Below, piece after piece: positions 50,101 to 60,113 of a DNA stretch of 64,000 bases; the stretch's first letter is position 1, and every line of letters starts with the position of its first letter. Source of the DNA: Planctomycetota bacterium (GTDB lineage Bacteria > Planctomycetota > Planctomycetia > Pirellulales > Pirellulaceae); the NCBI GenBank assembly GCA_963204915.1, contig CAUJHS010000083.1, positions 10,130 through 74,129 of the forward strand, written 5' to 3'. A model generated the notes under the pieces. It was not told the origin of the DNA. It saw nothing but the letters and a program-made list of their open reading frames with translations, and did no database searches. Made by a program: the position numbers and the translations under genes.

Positions 50101-51785
50101 CCTACGCTGCCGCCGTGCCGTCCAACTTTGTGGCATGACGAGCAAGCGGATGTGGCTGAGGCGAACACCAGGAGACCGCGATGTGCATCTCCATGTCGGC
50201 GAGCTTGTTCCACGAGGTCGGACACGAATTGCTCGGAATACACTGGCGACTGAGTTTTGGAATCCTTTTCATCCCTTGGCGCTACAGGCGTTTCCTGACG
50301 CCATAGAAGCACTGTAGAGTCGTCCTGCTCCACTTCGCCTTGCGCCGACGAGCGTGGAATGCGAGCACCACGGACGATATGCACCCACTCAACTCGACCA
50401 CGGCAGCCCAATCCGCCCTCAACGAGTCGGCCAATCGCTAAGTCGCCAGGAGTTGCGGGACGGTCTTTCGGCTCAATTGCTTGATCGGCCGCTTGTCGCC
50501 CATCGACGAATAGCTGCACGCGCCGCGCTTCATAGACCAGGGCGATGTGATGCGGCTCACCGTCGCAAATTGACGTCCGGGAATACACATGATCCGGATG
50601 CATCCCAGGAAGGTAAGCCGTGACATAGCCCTGGCCCGGCGAGGTGAAGATTTCCCAATGCGCGCCGGATTGCTTCGTGTCGCTGGCGACCAGGATGTTG
50701 TAATCATCGCTCGCAGGCAGCGTGACGCGGCACTCCACCGTAAGCGGCGGTTGGCGGTAGTCGGATTTTCCGCCCAGAATGATGCCGTCGAAAAGCTTGC
50801 CTTGCGATGTTCCCGGTGCGGCGGGGGACCAGGTGCGGTAAGTAGGACGTGGCCCCGTCGGCTTGTCTTGCACCTGTGGCAAGACCCAATCGAGGCCGTC
50901 CAGGTTATCTTTTAGTCGCAGTTCGACGTCATCTTGCGTGTGACCGATTACGCCGAGCGGTCCGTCATAGCCCGACTTGGCGATGGTTTGAAATAACGTC
51001 ACATCTAACTCGCCGGCCCCTATGGGCAAGATTTTTTTGCCGATTCGATCGCCGCCGCGCGTCATGCCATTTAAGTTCAAGCAAAGCAGATACGGCTTCA
51101 TTTCTTCGAGCGACTGAGCAAAGTCGTCGACATGATCATGCGCATGATGCAAGTTGTACACGATGCCGACATGCGGCGCGTTGTATTGGTCGCGCAAATA
51201 CTTGCAAACGGCAACGAGGTTTTGCGGCTCGCCTCCCCAACCGCCATGGTTATACAATCCCAGCGAACTTCCTAGTTGCCGCGTGCGTTCAATGAGCGGC
51301 GCCAATTGCGCGGCAGCAACTTTGACTCGTTCGGCGTTGGTTGAAGCCTCAGGCGAAGGCGCCGTTTGCCAAACTTGGGGGTGAAGTCCGTGTTTCTCAA
51401 ACAAACGAAAGGCTTCTTCGTGAACCCCCCAAAATGCAAAGTACTCAAGACCATGCTTCTTGTACTGTACGATTTCTTCTTCAAATGTCGGCACATGATT
51501 TTCGCGCCAGTCGTATGCAACGCGATGCAGACCCAAGCGTTGGAGCATTTCCGCTCGTTCTTTCGGTCCGCGGTTCTTAATGTCAAAGGGCACAATACAC
51601 CACGCAACGAGATTCTTTCTCTCGAAATTCGAGAGTGGCTTTTCGTCACGCTTCTCCTGACCCCCGGCGGGAAGCCCACTTACCACGACGGCGATAATCG
51701 TGAAAGCAAAAGCCCGGTTTTGCTGAAAAGGTAACTTTTGAGGAATTCGCATGTTCGCATTAACAGGTAAGAAAGATACCAACAT
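47199..51785 (-). CDS. Giant (1528 aa) secreted multidomain redox protein: xylose-isomerase-like TIM barrel, LamG/concanavalin-like domain, CxxCH cytochrome-c ('CSSCH'), Planctomycete 'membrane-bound dehydrogenase' beta-propeller, C-terminal cupredoxin ('PGRYPFLCSFPGHWKVMNG')
   Basis: Domain motifs along the translation. Confidence 0.85.
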   Translation of the reverse strand: MLVSFLPVNANMRIPQKLPFQQNRAFAFTIIAVVVSGLPAGGQEKRDEKPLSNFERKNLVAWCIVPFDIKNRGPKERAEMLQRLGLHRVAYDWRENHVPTFEEEIVQYKKHGLEYFAFWGVHEEAFRLFEKHGLHPQVWQTAPSPEASTNAERVKVAAAQLAPLIERTRQLGSSLGLYNHGGWGGEPQNLVAVCKYLRDQYNAPHVGIVYNLHHAHDHVDDFAQSLEEMKPYLLCLNLNGMTRGGDRIGKKILPIGAGELDVTLFQTIAKSGYDGPLGVIGHTQDDVELRLKDNLDGLDWVLPQVQDKPTGPRPTYRTWSPAAPGTSQGKLFDGIILGGKSDYRQPPLTVECRVTLPASDDYNILVASDTKQSGAHWEIFTSPGQGYVTAYLPGMHPDHVYSRTSICDGEPHHIALVYEARRVQLFVDGRQAADQAIEPKDRPATPGDLAIGRLVEGGLGCRGRVEWVHIVRGARIPRSSAQGEVEQDDSTVLLWRQETPVAPRDEKDSKTQSPVYSEQFVSDLVEQARRHGDAHRGLLVFASATSACSSCHKVGRHGGSVGPDLTVIAKERKPHELVEAVVWPKRQIKPEFVAHVVLDAEGRTHQGYIVKHDEKQLVLRDPTQGPDHAIAFARDNIETREVGTLMPDNLVASMTQQQLHDLLQFLMGLGGEGGVALNEIDALLLHANAHSHGPATFSFNRDPLVPEQWPHWRHPVNRDRIYDFYSKQADHFRRLPVTPPLLSEFPGLDGGELGHWGNQNEDVWKSDRWNETLLGTVQCGVFRGGGVTVPRGVCVRLGDNGELSACFNPETLKYDVVWSGGFVKFSSVRHGFMHGLLMDGELQPTPIGHKPTQPFIYRGFYRHGKRVVFAYRIGETELLDSPWVEDGRFTRTVAPVDEHPFRHLLKNAPTQWPQRLETKIHLGVGAPYAVDTVDLPWDNPWRALLFCGGHAFLPDGSALVCTMQGDVWRVEGFKHPSSKAVWRRFAAGLHHALGIVVDQDGVSVLGRDQITRLHDQNGDGEADFYECFSNAFQTSPAGHDFICGLERDAEGRFYTASGNQGLVRVSSDGRYAEVLATGFRNPDGLGLLSDGTVTVPCSEGEWTPASMICAVRPQLKTPHFGYGGPKPGQAPELPLAYLPRGLDNSSGGQTMVPDERWGPLTGQLLHFSFGAGSHFLILRDEVQGQVQGAIVPLAGEFQSGVHRGRFSPDDGQLYVTGMQGWGSYTPKDGCFQRVRFTGDAAQLPIGFHVHQNGVMIEFSEPLDKEVAGDATSHFAQCWNYRYSSGYGSPELSSRHVGVRGHDTLAIASAHVQRDGRTLFLQLPELQPVNQLHLRVQSNSGQFHDLFLTVHRLDSPFTDFSNYQPEAKTIQPHPLLADLAMATRSIPNPHRKKIANARPIVIETGSNLTFQTRFIRVSAGEAIALTLRNPDVVPHNWVLAKPGTLEHVGDLANRLIADPEAVVRHYIPQTSDVLTYTDVVLPRDEFTVYFHAPREPGRYPFLCSFPGHWKVMNGEMLVELADETPAAAQ

Positions 51786-51831
51786 TCAATCTTAATCAGT
51801 TGTTGAGGCCGGAGCGCTCTGCGATAACGCA

Positions 51832-52170
51832 TTAGCCGCGAATTCGATAGCCCGCCTCGCTAAGCATGTGGCGTACGCGTTCCAAGTGATTCCCTTGAAT
51901 TTCCATACCATCCTCTTTGAGCGCGCCTCCCGCCCCACAGGCCGACTTGAGCTGCGCTAACAATCCAGGCAAGTCATTTCCTTCGGCCGGCAAGCCACGC
52001 ACTACGGTCACCACTTTTCCTCGGGCTCGCTTTTCAACCGCGAGTTTGGCGGTTTGCTTTTGCGGTGGAATGCGCGGCGCCGGCGCCGGTGGGCATGTAC
52101 ATGCAGTTTCGAGTTCCCCACAACGGTCACATCGTGGCGGGCGGTCGAACTGCGTGCCTTCAAACAAACG
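51832..52170 (-). CDS. yciH: Translation initiation factor SUI1/YciH family (start at 'MRLFEGTQFD')
   Basis: 'KVVTVVRGL...LKSACGAGGALKEDGMEIQGNHLERV' eIF1/SUI1 signature. Confidence 0.8.
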   Translation of the reverse strand, partial: RLFEGTQFDRPPRCDRCGELETACTCPPAPAPRIPPQKQTAKLAVEKRARGKVVTVVRGLPAEGNDLPGLLAQLKSACGAGGALKEDGMEIQGNHLERVRHMLSEAGYRIRG

Positions 52171-52287
52171 CATTTCGCGACTCCCTCTCGATGATGTATA
52201 CGGCGAATGCGGCATGCGTTCGGCCGCACGTGATAGTACCATAGGTCGCAACGTGCCACACGATCCTATGTTCCACGGAGCGTAACC

Positions 52288-54357
52288 ATGCGAGCGATCG
52301 TTTTGCTTAGCCTACTATCGACGGTCTTTTGCATCGCGCCATTGACCGCACAAGAGACGCAGGCCGAACCATCAAGGGACTTCCTGCGATTCATCAGGAA
52401 CCACGCTGAGAATCTTCGCGCGCAAGATCAACCCCCAAAAACGCGAGAAGCCTGGGATCAACGTCAGGAGGACCTGCGACACCAATTGGCCATCGCTTGG
52501 GGCGAGTTTCCAACCACAAAGTGTGAGTTGGCGGCGCAGTCGTTCGGCGAAATGCAGCGCGACGGCTACCGTGTGGAGCGTTTGATGTTTCAAACACTTC
52601 CCGGAGTATGGATGACTGCCAACGCGTATGTGCCGGAGCGCGAAGGCAAGGTACCCGCTGTATTGTGCGTTCATGGCCACTGGCAAGGAGCGAAGCAGGA
52701 TCCAGTGGTGCAACAGCGTTGCATGGGGTTGGTGAAGCTCGGTTTTTTCGTACTGGCGGTCGATGCCTTTGGGGCCGGTGAGCGCGGCCAGGGGAAGGCT
52801 TTGGGCGAATATCATGGAGAAATGACGGCTGCGGCGCTCTTGCCCGTCGGACTACCGCTCGCGGGGCTGCAAGTTTACGAAAACGTTCGCGCCATCGATT
52901 ATCTGTGTGAACGTCCCGAGGTGGATCCGAAGCGAATCGGCGTCACCGGCGCCAGTGGCGGAGGAAACCAGGCAATGTACGCGGGTGCTTGGGATGAACG
53001 CCTTCGAGCCGTTGTTCCCGTTTGTTCCGTCGGCAATTATCGAGCGTATTTGGGCGCCGCCTGCTGTATGTGTGAAGTTGTGCCGGGAGCGCTACGTTTT
53101 ACTGAAGAAGGCGATATCTTGGGTTTGGCCGCTACGCGCGGGTTGATGGTCATCAGCGCTACACGCGACGCGCCGCAGTTCTCCGTCGCGGAATCGCAAC
53201 GGTCGGTCGCCCGTGCGCAAGAGATTGCGCGATTGTCAGGAACGCCTGCCTTGGTACGTCATACGATTATTGAGTCTTCGCACGACTACAATCGCATCAT
53301 GCGTGAGGCGATGTACGGCTGGATGACGCTCCACCTTAAAGGCGAAGGAGACGGCTCTCCGATTCCTGAGCCCGATCTGCAACCCGAAGACCCTGAAAAA
53401 CTGCGATGCTTCCCTGGCGATAGTCGCGCCGATGATTTTATGACTATTCCACGCTTTGCCGCCCTCGAAGCTCGCCGCCTGCTGTCGTTGCGCGCCGCGC
53501 CGAAAGATATTTCGAACTGGCGCGTCGAAAAGCAACGGCAACGCGAGGTTCTAGAAAATAAGGTGCTTGGTGGGAATCCGCCTTCCGAACCTTTGCAGGT
53601 GCGAGATTTAGAAAGTGGGAATTCCTCGAGAAAGCGTTTCCAGTTTGTCAGCGAGCGGGGCATTACGCTGCAGGCCGAGCTAGAGCCAGCCAATGCGCCA
53701 GTGAGTCGCCTCGCGGTAGTGTTGAATTTGGATGGAACCGACACGCCAGAGACAAACGATCTGGCCGGGCGACTTGTGCAAGCGGGATGGCGCGTATTAA
53801 GACCCGAATTGCGAGCAACGGGGCGATTAGCCGTACCTCGCGACAAGATTGGACAAGCGCCCGACCACAATTCGGCAGAATGGTCGTTGTGGATCGGTCG
53901 ACCACTCCTTGGTCAATGGGTCTGGGATGTTCGACGATCGCTTGACGCACTTCGCGAATTGCATGATGAGCTGCCTCAAGAGATTGCGATCATCGGCATT
54001 GGACCTGCTGGCGTACCAGCGCTATGCGCCGCGGCCATCGATGAACGCTTCACACATACGGCGACAATTGATACTTTGGCGACATTCGTCACCGAAGAAA
54101 CCTATCGTGGGCAAAGGCTTGGGATTTTGGCGCCGGGAATCGTGCGAGACATAGGCGACATTTGCCATGTGGCCGCCCTCATTTCGCCGCGGCCTGTTGT
54201 CGTTGCGGGCGGCGTTCTTGGCAATGGAGAACCCTTTACTCTGACCGAGTTAGAGCGATTGTATGCGCCCGCCCGAAAGACTTTCGCCCTTGAAGGAGCA
54301 GAAACATCGCTTCGTCTGGTGGCGCGCGAAGACGCTATCAAAAGTATTGCTCCGTAA
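52288..54357 (+). CDS. Secreted alpha/beta-hydrolase-fold protein (acetyl-xylan-esterase/dienelactone-hydrolase-like; 'GVTGASGGG' nucleophile elbow) with a second degenerate alpha/beta-hydrolase half
   Basis: Signal peptide, GxSxG. Confidence 0.8.
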   Translation: MRAIVLLSLLSTVFCIAPLTAQETQAEPSRDFLRFIRNHAENLRAQDQPPKTREAWDQRQEDLRHQLAIAWGEFPTTKCELAAQSFGEMQRDGYRVERLMFQTLPGVWMTANAYVPEREGKVPAVLCVHGHWQGAKQDPVVQQRCMGLVKLGFFVLAVDAFGAGERGQGKALGEYHGEMTAAALLPVGLPLAGLQVYENVRAIDYLCERPEVDPKRIGVTGASGGGNQAMYAGAWDERLRAVVPVCSVGNYRAYLGAACCMCEVVPGALRFTEEGDILGLAATRGLMVISATRDAPQFSVAESQRSVARAQEIARLSGTPALVRHTIIESSHDYNRIMREAMYGWMTLHLKGEGDGSPIPEPDLQPEDPEKLRCFPGDSRADDFMTIPRFAALEARRLLSLRAAPKDISNWRVEKQRQREVLENKVLGGNPPSEPLQVRDLESGNSSRKRFQFVSERGITLQAELEPANAPVSRLAVVLNLDGTDTPETNDLAGRLVQAGWRVLRPELRATGRLAVPRDKIGQAPDHNSAEWSLWIGRPLLGQWVWDVRRSLDALRELHDELPQEIAIIGIGPAGVPALCAAAIDERFTHTATIDTLATFVTEETYRGQRLGILAPGIVRDIGDICHVAALISPRPVVVAGGVLGNGEPFTLTELERLYAPARKTFALEGAETSLRLVAREDAIKSIAP

Positions 54358-54435
54358 TGTCAACACATTGCCAAGGTTGACACCACTGAAAAAATCGGGT
54401 GCATGCCGTTCCTACATGGCCTTGGAATGTCCAGT

Positions 54436-57400
54436 TTATTTTGACTTTGCGCTGAGTTGTTGAAGGTAGGCGTAAAGATCGACTAGTTCCTCGTCGGTCG
54501 CGTTACGTAAGAGCCCGGTCGGCATCGGCGAAAGCGGACTTTTGTCGATTGACAGGATCTCGTCACCCGCAATGCGGACCGTCGTGTCAGCACTGGTTTG
54601 AACCAAAGTTGCTTCGGGCGATTCATAGATAATCTGCCCGACCACTACTCGTCCTTCCGCCGTGACTACTTGCGACATGCGATAGGCCTGCGAAACATCG
54701 CGGTTGGGATCGACAATTGCTTGGAATAAGTCCTGGCGCGAGAATCGCTGGCCCACGCCGCTAAGGTCAGGTCCCAGTCGCGCCGGTCCGGCGTGACAGC
54801 GAGCGCACGTCAATCGCTGAAATGCGATTTCTCCACGTTGTCTATCACCGACGGACCAATCGAGCATGGGCAGGCGGCTCAACAGCGCCGCGGCGTCTTG
54901 TTCCGGCGACACGGCCAATTGCGCCGCCTCGTCGGGAAATAGATATTGGAATCGGTGGAGCCATCGTTCGTAAACAGCGGTGGGTTTGCGCTGCAATTCG
55001 ATCGCTGGAGTTGGTGCGCCGTCGAGCCATACTGCTAAGAGCCGATCAAGTGAAGTGAGGGTATCCGCCGCCTGCTTTTCGCGCACGTGTTGCCGCATGG
55101 CGTCCAGCGCCACGGCGATTTCTCCCGGTTGACGGGTTCGGCTTAGCGATGCAAGCGCCTTGGCGGCAACGGGGATTGTTTCCTGCGCCCCCACGCGCAA
55201 CATTTCAATGAAGCGTGCGCGATCGTCTTCCCGGGGCGAGTTGGCCAGAACGGCGGTGACTGCATCGCGTAAAGAGAAAGCATGATCCCATACCTCTCTC
55301 AAGCGTGGCTGATGGGTCGTAGCGGGCAGCGTGCCAACAAGTCGTACAAGGTCCGCGGACCAATCGTCGTCGACCGTTTCCAAGAGCCGTACCGCTGCGC
55401 GGAGTTGTTGGGGTTTGCTCATCGTCAAACCAAACAGACTTTGTGCAGGAGCACGAAACTGAGGATGAATGAGCACGGCCTCAACTAACGCAGGATCGCG
55501 GTCCGACAACGCGGTGAAGGTTTCACTGATCCGCTCGGGCCAAAAGCGACTGGCGTACATTTCGCCTCGCGTCATTTTGGGATGAAGTTCGGTTAATGCC
55601 GATGCCGTGCGATTGGTGACTTCCTGGCTTCGCGGCCCAGGAAGCCGCGAAAGTACGATCAGATAATGAATATCGTCTTCGACGCGCGATGTGGCGCTCC
55701 ACTTCGCCGACAGCGCATAAATCAGCGGCAATGAAACGTTGTCAAGCATTCCAGCCAACCGGCTCAATTCGAAATCGAGTGACTCATTTCCTGAAGGAAA
55801 AAGCGACTCGACGGTGCGCATGACCTGCAGCCTGTCATCGTCCGAAATGCGCCATTCGGTTGGTTGCGGCGCATAGCCTGCATACACATAGGGGGGCGTC
55901 GGTTCAATTTGCACGTCGCCCCACAAGATTTGAAGAATCCGCACCGCCTCAAGTTTCAAAGAAGGCTCTTTGCAATGGGCCAAAATCTGTCTTGCTCCAG
56001 CGATTTCGCTCCCATCCAGTTGGTGACGAAAGTGCTTGGCCCATAAAACCGCCAGTCGCCACGAAAAGCTGGATCGGCTTGTTTCCAAATGTGCGAAGAT
56101 TTCGTCGTTGAGTCTTGCGGCTGCGAGCACTGCAGCGGCTCGCACGCGTCGCGGTCGTTCCTCGCTCAAGTCGTCCCAATCTGCTGTAAGTCCGGCCTGA
56201 CTTAACTCAGGCAAAGCACCTAACGACTCCCATGCCGCTCGCTCGATCCAAGGTACTTCAGAATGCGTAAGTTCACTTAGAAACAACTCGCCACCCTGCG
56301 GAGGCGGCCAGCGTGATAACGCCCAAGCGACCCGCGTTGTCACCAACGGATCGGCTGTTTCTGTGATCGACTTCGCCAACGGAATCGATACGCCGCTAAA
56401 AAGTTCTACGAGCACTTCGATGGCGCGAATACGTTCGACCGGCGAACGAGAACCATCCTGTGCGGCTTCCTCAAACGCGGCCTTCCCTAGTTCCTTGGCG
56501 GTCGGAATCCACGCGGCTCTTGACCAACTCGACAAGGGTTGATTCGCCGACAAAACCGCTTCGAGTGAACTGCGGTTTGTGTCCGCCGTGTCTGATGCAG
56601 TTTTCGATCTGCTCGGGGGAGCGCTCGAATACGAGATGCGAAAAACACCACCGCGCGTACCGCGTCCTCCTATGGCGACAAACAAATCGCCTTGGGGGCC
56701 GACAGCCAAATCGACAGGTGCGAAACCTTCACTGCCCGTCGATTCGAGAAAAATCTCGGCGCGGCTGCTAGACGTTGCGCCGTCGGGGCTGATGGGAAAG
56801 TGATAGATTCGCCCGAGGCTCCAGCAGCAACTCAAAAGACCTCCGACATAGGTTGTCGGGAACTGATCATGACGATACACGTCGATCCCAGTCGGCGAGC
56901 CGCGCCCAGTTTCAACGACGCGCTCGGTGTTGTCAAAAAACCAAGCTGGACGATTCCAGCTACGCGCCCAGCCGGCGAGCATCCACCCGTGGTGCATGCC
57001 TTGCGCTACGTCGAACAAACGTGTTGGGCTGTACCAGGGAAGATATTGGTCTCTCTCTCCGTCGGAGTCGACAAGCCACAAGGAGCCTCTTGGATCGAAC
57101 GTCAAATCGTAGCCATTCCGAAAACCGTGAGCGATCACTTCCGATTGGGCGCCGTCGGGTGAGACGCGTACGATGGCGCCTTGCCTCGGATCGCGCACGG
57201 GCGAATGATCGGTTGTTACATGACTCTCGTTAATTCCTACATCATTCCCGCACGTGACATAATACCAGCCATCGGGGCCTTTAATTACGCCATTAGTTGA
57301 GTGTTCCCCAGCCTGACGTAGAGGCGCCAGAATCACGGGGGGGCCATCCGCCGCCAGATCGCCATTGTGATCTTCATAGCGCGCCAGAGCGTTATCACCG

Positions 57401-57720
57401 GTACAAATCAAGTGTGGCCCATCAAAGTACATGCCCCGCGCGCCTTCGATGGGCGTACTGGCGAATAACGTCGCACGATCTGCATGGCCGTCAGCGTCAT
57501 CATCATGCAACGTTTTGACATACCCTCGCCCCGCCACAACAACACGGCCGGCGGCGTCGAGTGTCATCGAAAAAATGTCATGAGCCAGATCGTCATCCGC
57601 AAAGAGCGTCACTCGGAATCCGTCGGGCGCCCGTAGTCCTTGCACGGTGGCGTCTTGTGACCACGCGTAAGGGATCACAAAATTGAACAGCACGATCGTA
57701 AGTAGGATATGACGATTCAT
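54436..57720 (-). CDS. Secreted 'membrane-bound dehydrogenase' beta-propeller - HEAT-repeat - C-terminal heme-binding (CxxCH 'CARCH') protein typical of Planctomycetota/Verrucomicrobiota
   Basis: Translation motifs. Confidence 0.85.
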   Translation of the reverse strand: MNRHILLTIVLFNFVIPYAWSQDATVQGLRAPDGFRVTLFADDDLAHDIFSMTLDAAGRVVVAGRGYVKTLHDDDADGHADRATLFASTPIEGARGMYFDGPHLICTGDNALARYEDHNGDLAADGPPVILAPLRQAGEHSTNGVIKGPDGWYYVTCGNDVGINESHVTTDHSPVRDPRQGAIVRVSPDGAQSEVIAHGFRNGYDLTFDPRGSLWLVDSDGERDQYLPWYSPTRLFDVAQGMHHGWMLAGWARSWNRPAWFFDNTERVVETGRGSPTGIDVYRHDQFPTTYVGGLLSCCWSLGRIYHFPISPDGATSSSRAEIFLESTGSEGFAPVDLAVGPQGDLFVAIGGRGTRGGVFRISYSSAPPSRSKTASDTADTNRSSLEAVLSANQPLSSWSRAAWIPTAKELGKAAFEEAAQDGSRSPVERIRAIEVLVELFSGVSIPLAKSITETADPLVTTRVAWALSRWPPPQGGELFLSELTHSEVPWIERAAWESLGALPELSQAGLTADWDDLSEERPRRVRAAAVLAAARLNDEIFAHLETSRSSFSWRLAVLWAKHFRHQLDGSEIAGARQILAHCKEPSLKLEAVRILQILWGDVQIEPTPPYVYAGYAPQPTEWRISDDDRLQVMRTVESLFPSGNESLDFELSRLAGMLDNVSLPLIYALSAKWSATSRVEDDIHYLIVLSRLPGPRSQEVTNRTASALTELHPKMTRGEMYASRFWPERISETFTALSDRDPALVEAVLIHPQFRAPAQSLFGLTMSKPQQLRAAVRLLETVDDDWSADLVRLVGTLPATTHQPRLREVWDHAFSLRDAVTAVLANSPREDDRARFIEMLRVGAQETIPVAAKALASLSRTRQPGEIAVALDAMRQHVREKQAADTLTSLDRLLAVWLDGAPTPAIELQRKPTAVYERWLHRFQYLFPDEAAQLAVSPEQDAAALLSRLPMLDWSVGDRQRGEIAFQRLTCARCHAGPARLGPDLSGVGQRFSRQDLFQAIVDPNRDVSQAYRMSQVVTAEGRVVVGQIIYESPEATLVQTSADTTVRIAGDEILSIDKSPLSPMPTGLLRNATDEELVDLYAYLQQLSAKSK

Positions 57721-58020
57721 ACGACGGAAATTAGAGAAGGCGATAACCGAGGAGAAGCGAACTCATAAAAGGGGTGAACCTTCTCAGCGTAAGCTCGGTC
57801 ATATAAACATATCAGGACGTCCGTTTCCTCACCAGAATCGCCTTCGGCGGTCAATCATTCGCCTTGATTCACCTACTTCAAACGACGATTGCGCGTCTCA
57901 AGTTCAAACGTGATTTACCGAGGAGAGTGGCGCATTTGACGTGAGAAATCTTCTCGCTTGCCGCCTCGAAGGCGAGTTGACAAACAATGAACCTTTCTTA
58001 AGAATAGACGCATAACCAAC

Positions 58021-58093
58021 GCCCCCTTCGTCTAGTGGCCCAGGACGTCGGGTTCTCAGTCCGAAAACAGGGGTTCGACTCCCCTAGGGGGTA
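58021..58093 (+). tRNA. tRNA-Glu (anticodon CTC), canonical, no CCA encoded
   Basis: GCCCCCTTCGTCTAGTGGCCCAGGACGTCGGGTTCTCAGTCCGAAAACAGGGGTTCGACTCCCCTAGGGGGTA closely resembles bacterial tRNA-Glu. Confidence 0.9.
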
Positions 58094-58154
58094 CTAGGTC
58101 GTCCATCGCAGCGATTTGCATTGTGTCGCTGCTAATTGCGGCAAGTGGAGTTTC

Positions 58155-58180
58155 AGCCCGGTTTTTCCGGGCTTTTTTAT
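58155..58180 (+). terminator. Rho-independent terminator AGCCCGG-TTTTT-CCGGGCT + TTTTTT downstream of tRNA-Glu
   Basis: Seen in sequence. Confidence 0.7.
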
Positions 58181-58384
58181 TGTTTTCGCCCTCCGTTTGC
58201 GAATCGCCGCGATTCTCCGCGCGTGCTTGCTGCGCTCGATTTTGCGCCGTCCGTGCGCCGCTTTTTGACTCGATTAAGTGAAGCGGCAGCTCTTTTTGCG
58301 TATCGCCGTTCTTGCTGTCGCAGTAACCTTTGATTGATCGATGAGTTATGGCCCGCCAGGGTTGTTTCGTGCAAACTGGCGAGC

Positions 58385-58426
58385 GCGCGTGAATAAAGGT
58401 CTCGTCCATGGTCGTTGGACGAGACC
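58385..58426 (-). terminator. 11-bp perfect hairpin GGTCTCGTCCA/TGGACGAGACC downstream of the SPFH gene on the minus strand
   Basis: Seen in sequence. Confidence 0.5.
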
Positions 58427-58432
58427 TTGGGG

Positions 58433-59533
58433 CTACAGCAGGTTGACGACGCGCTGGGCCAGCCCTTGTTCGCCTAAGACGACGTTGAGATGACCGGCCG
58501 AGGCGATCTTTTCGAGCACCTCCAACTCTCGCAGGCGCATCAGCGTCGGGTTGTTCTCCAACAACTTGGCCGTATTAGCTTGGCTGCGCATGGCGGCAGT
58601 TTCTTCCCGGCGCACAATCAAGTTGGCTTCTGCGGCTTTGCGGGCTTCAGTCACCTTGTTCATCAGGTCCTTCATGTCGCCGGGCAGGATCACATCGCGA
58701 ACGCCGGCTGCGACGATTTCAATCCCTAACGCACCGGCGCGGCGACGAACGATCTGCTCCATTTCCGCCGCGACCGCATCTTTGTCGGTCAGGAAGGCGT
58801 CCAGGTCACGCGCGCCAACGACCGCTCGCAAGGCGAGCTGCGTTTCGCGGTATAGCGCTTGACGCACGTCATCCGACACGGTTACCGCACGGTGCGCATC
58901 GGCGATGCGGTACACCACCACCGCGTTCATCCGCAGCGTGACCTTGTCGGCGGTCATGATTTCCTGCCCCGACACGTCGAGGTTCGTCTCGCGAAGGTCG
59001 AGTTGAACCATTTGCACATGCGCCACGCCACGCCAGAACACATACCGGCCAGGCCGTAGGGTAGCGACGTACTTTCCATCGAGGAAAAGTACGCCCGCGC
59101 GTCCCTCTTCGACCTGATGCATTTCCAGGCTTATGAGGGCCGCCCGATGCCGTACGATGGTCGCCGTTTCAGCATGTTCAAATCGCACATCGCGCACGTC
59201 CACCACTTCAATCTTGATCGTCCGATGCGCAGTCCAGAAGGCGTGCAACCCCGGCAACAGGATGTCGGCGAAGCGACCGTCGACCCATACCAAGGCGCGC
59301 TCGTGGTCCTTCAGATCAAGCACCAAGGCTTGTTCGGTCAAAACGCCTGAGCGAACAATCATGTCGAGTTTCTCGTGCGCCAACCGCGGTTCGCGCTGGG
59401 AAACGACTTCAATACGCATCTTGCGCAGAGGATCAAAGAACCAGTGCCGGCCCTCCAGAAGCAAGCGCCGAAACTCACCATCCTGGAATACTAATCCTAC
59501 TTCAAATGAACGAATCTTGACGATGCGGAACAT
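58433..59533 (-). CDS. SPFH/band-7 (stomatin/flotillin-like) domain protein with a duplicated N-terminal beta domain
   Basis: Translation. Confidence 0.8.
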   Translation of the reverse strand: MFRIVKIRSFEVGLVFQDGEFRRLLLEGRHWFFDPLRKMRIEVVSQREPRLAHEKLDMIVRSGVLTEQALVLDLKDHERALVWVDGRFADILLPGLHAFWTAHRTIKIEVVDVRDVRFEHAETATIVRHRAALISLEMHQVEEGRAGVLFLDGKYVATLRPGRYVFWRGVAHVQMVQLDLRETNLDVSGQEIMTADKVTLRMNAVVVYRIADAHRAVTVSDDVRQALYRETQLALRAVVGARDLDAFLTDKDAVAAEMEQIVRRRAGALGIEIVAAGVRDVILPGDMKDLMNKVTEARKAAEANLIVRREETAAMRSQANTAKLLENNPTLMRLRELEVLEKIASAGHLNVVLGEQGLAQRVVNLL

Positions 59534-60113
59534 GATTTAGCCCCTTCCCGTGTAGCTTATTCCAAACGGACCAAGTGAATTGAATAAAGTCCGGCGCTTG
59601 TCGTGTGTGACTTAAGGTTTTAATGGGTCGCCATCTGCGCTGGCGTTGCGTTTCACTACTTAGATTTATTTCGTTGTCGAGTCGAGTGTTGCGAGCGAGT
59701 GGATATGCCACGGAAAGTGTTCGAAAAATCCCTCCGGCGGCGAAGCAAATGGTGATCACGCGTCGAAGCACGGAGCGACGTTTAAGCCGGTTGAGGCTGC
59801 AGGGCTTCGCATGATGAGGCTGTGATGTAGGCCGAGACGATCGAGCCTCGGCGCGTACGTCAAGCCAACACCATGCGAGGCGCATGAGCGCTAACCGGCG
59901 GAATCTACGCGCTACAAGGAGCTTGTACGCGTTGCCATCTCAATGGAGGATACGCTATCCACATAGAAACCTCGACTTGCTCGGCAAGCCGACTACGTGT
60001 GCAGCGCACCTACAAGAACTGAGACGGCCGACCACGGCCTTGCTTGCCGCCGTTGGGCGGTGATGGTGGACGCCTGCGCGCCCTTCATGGAGCCGATTTC
60101 TCAATCGGCCGTC

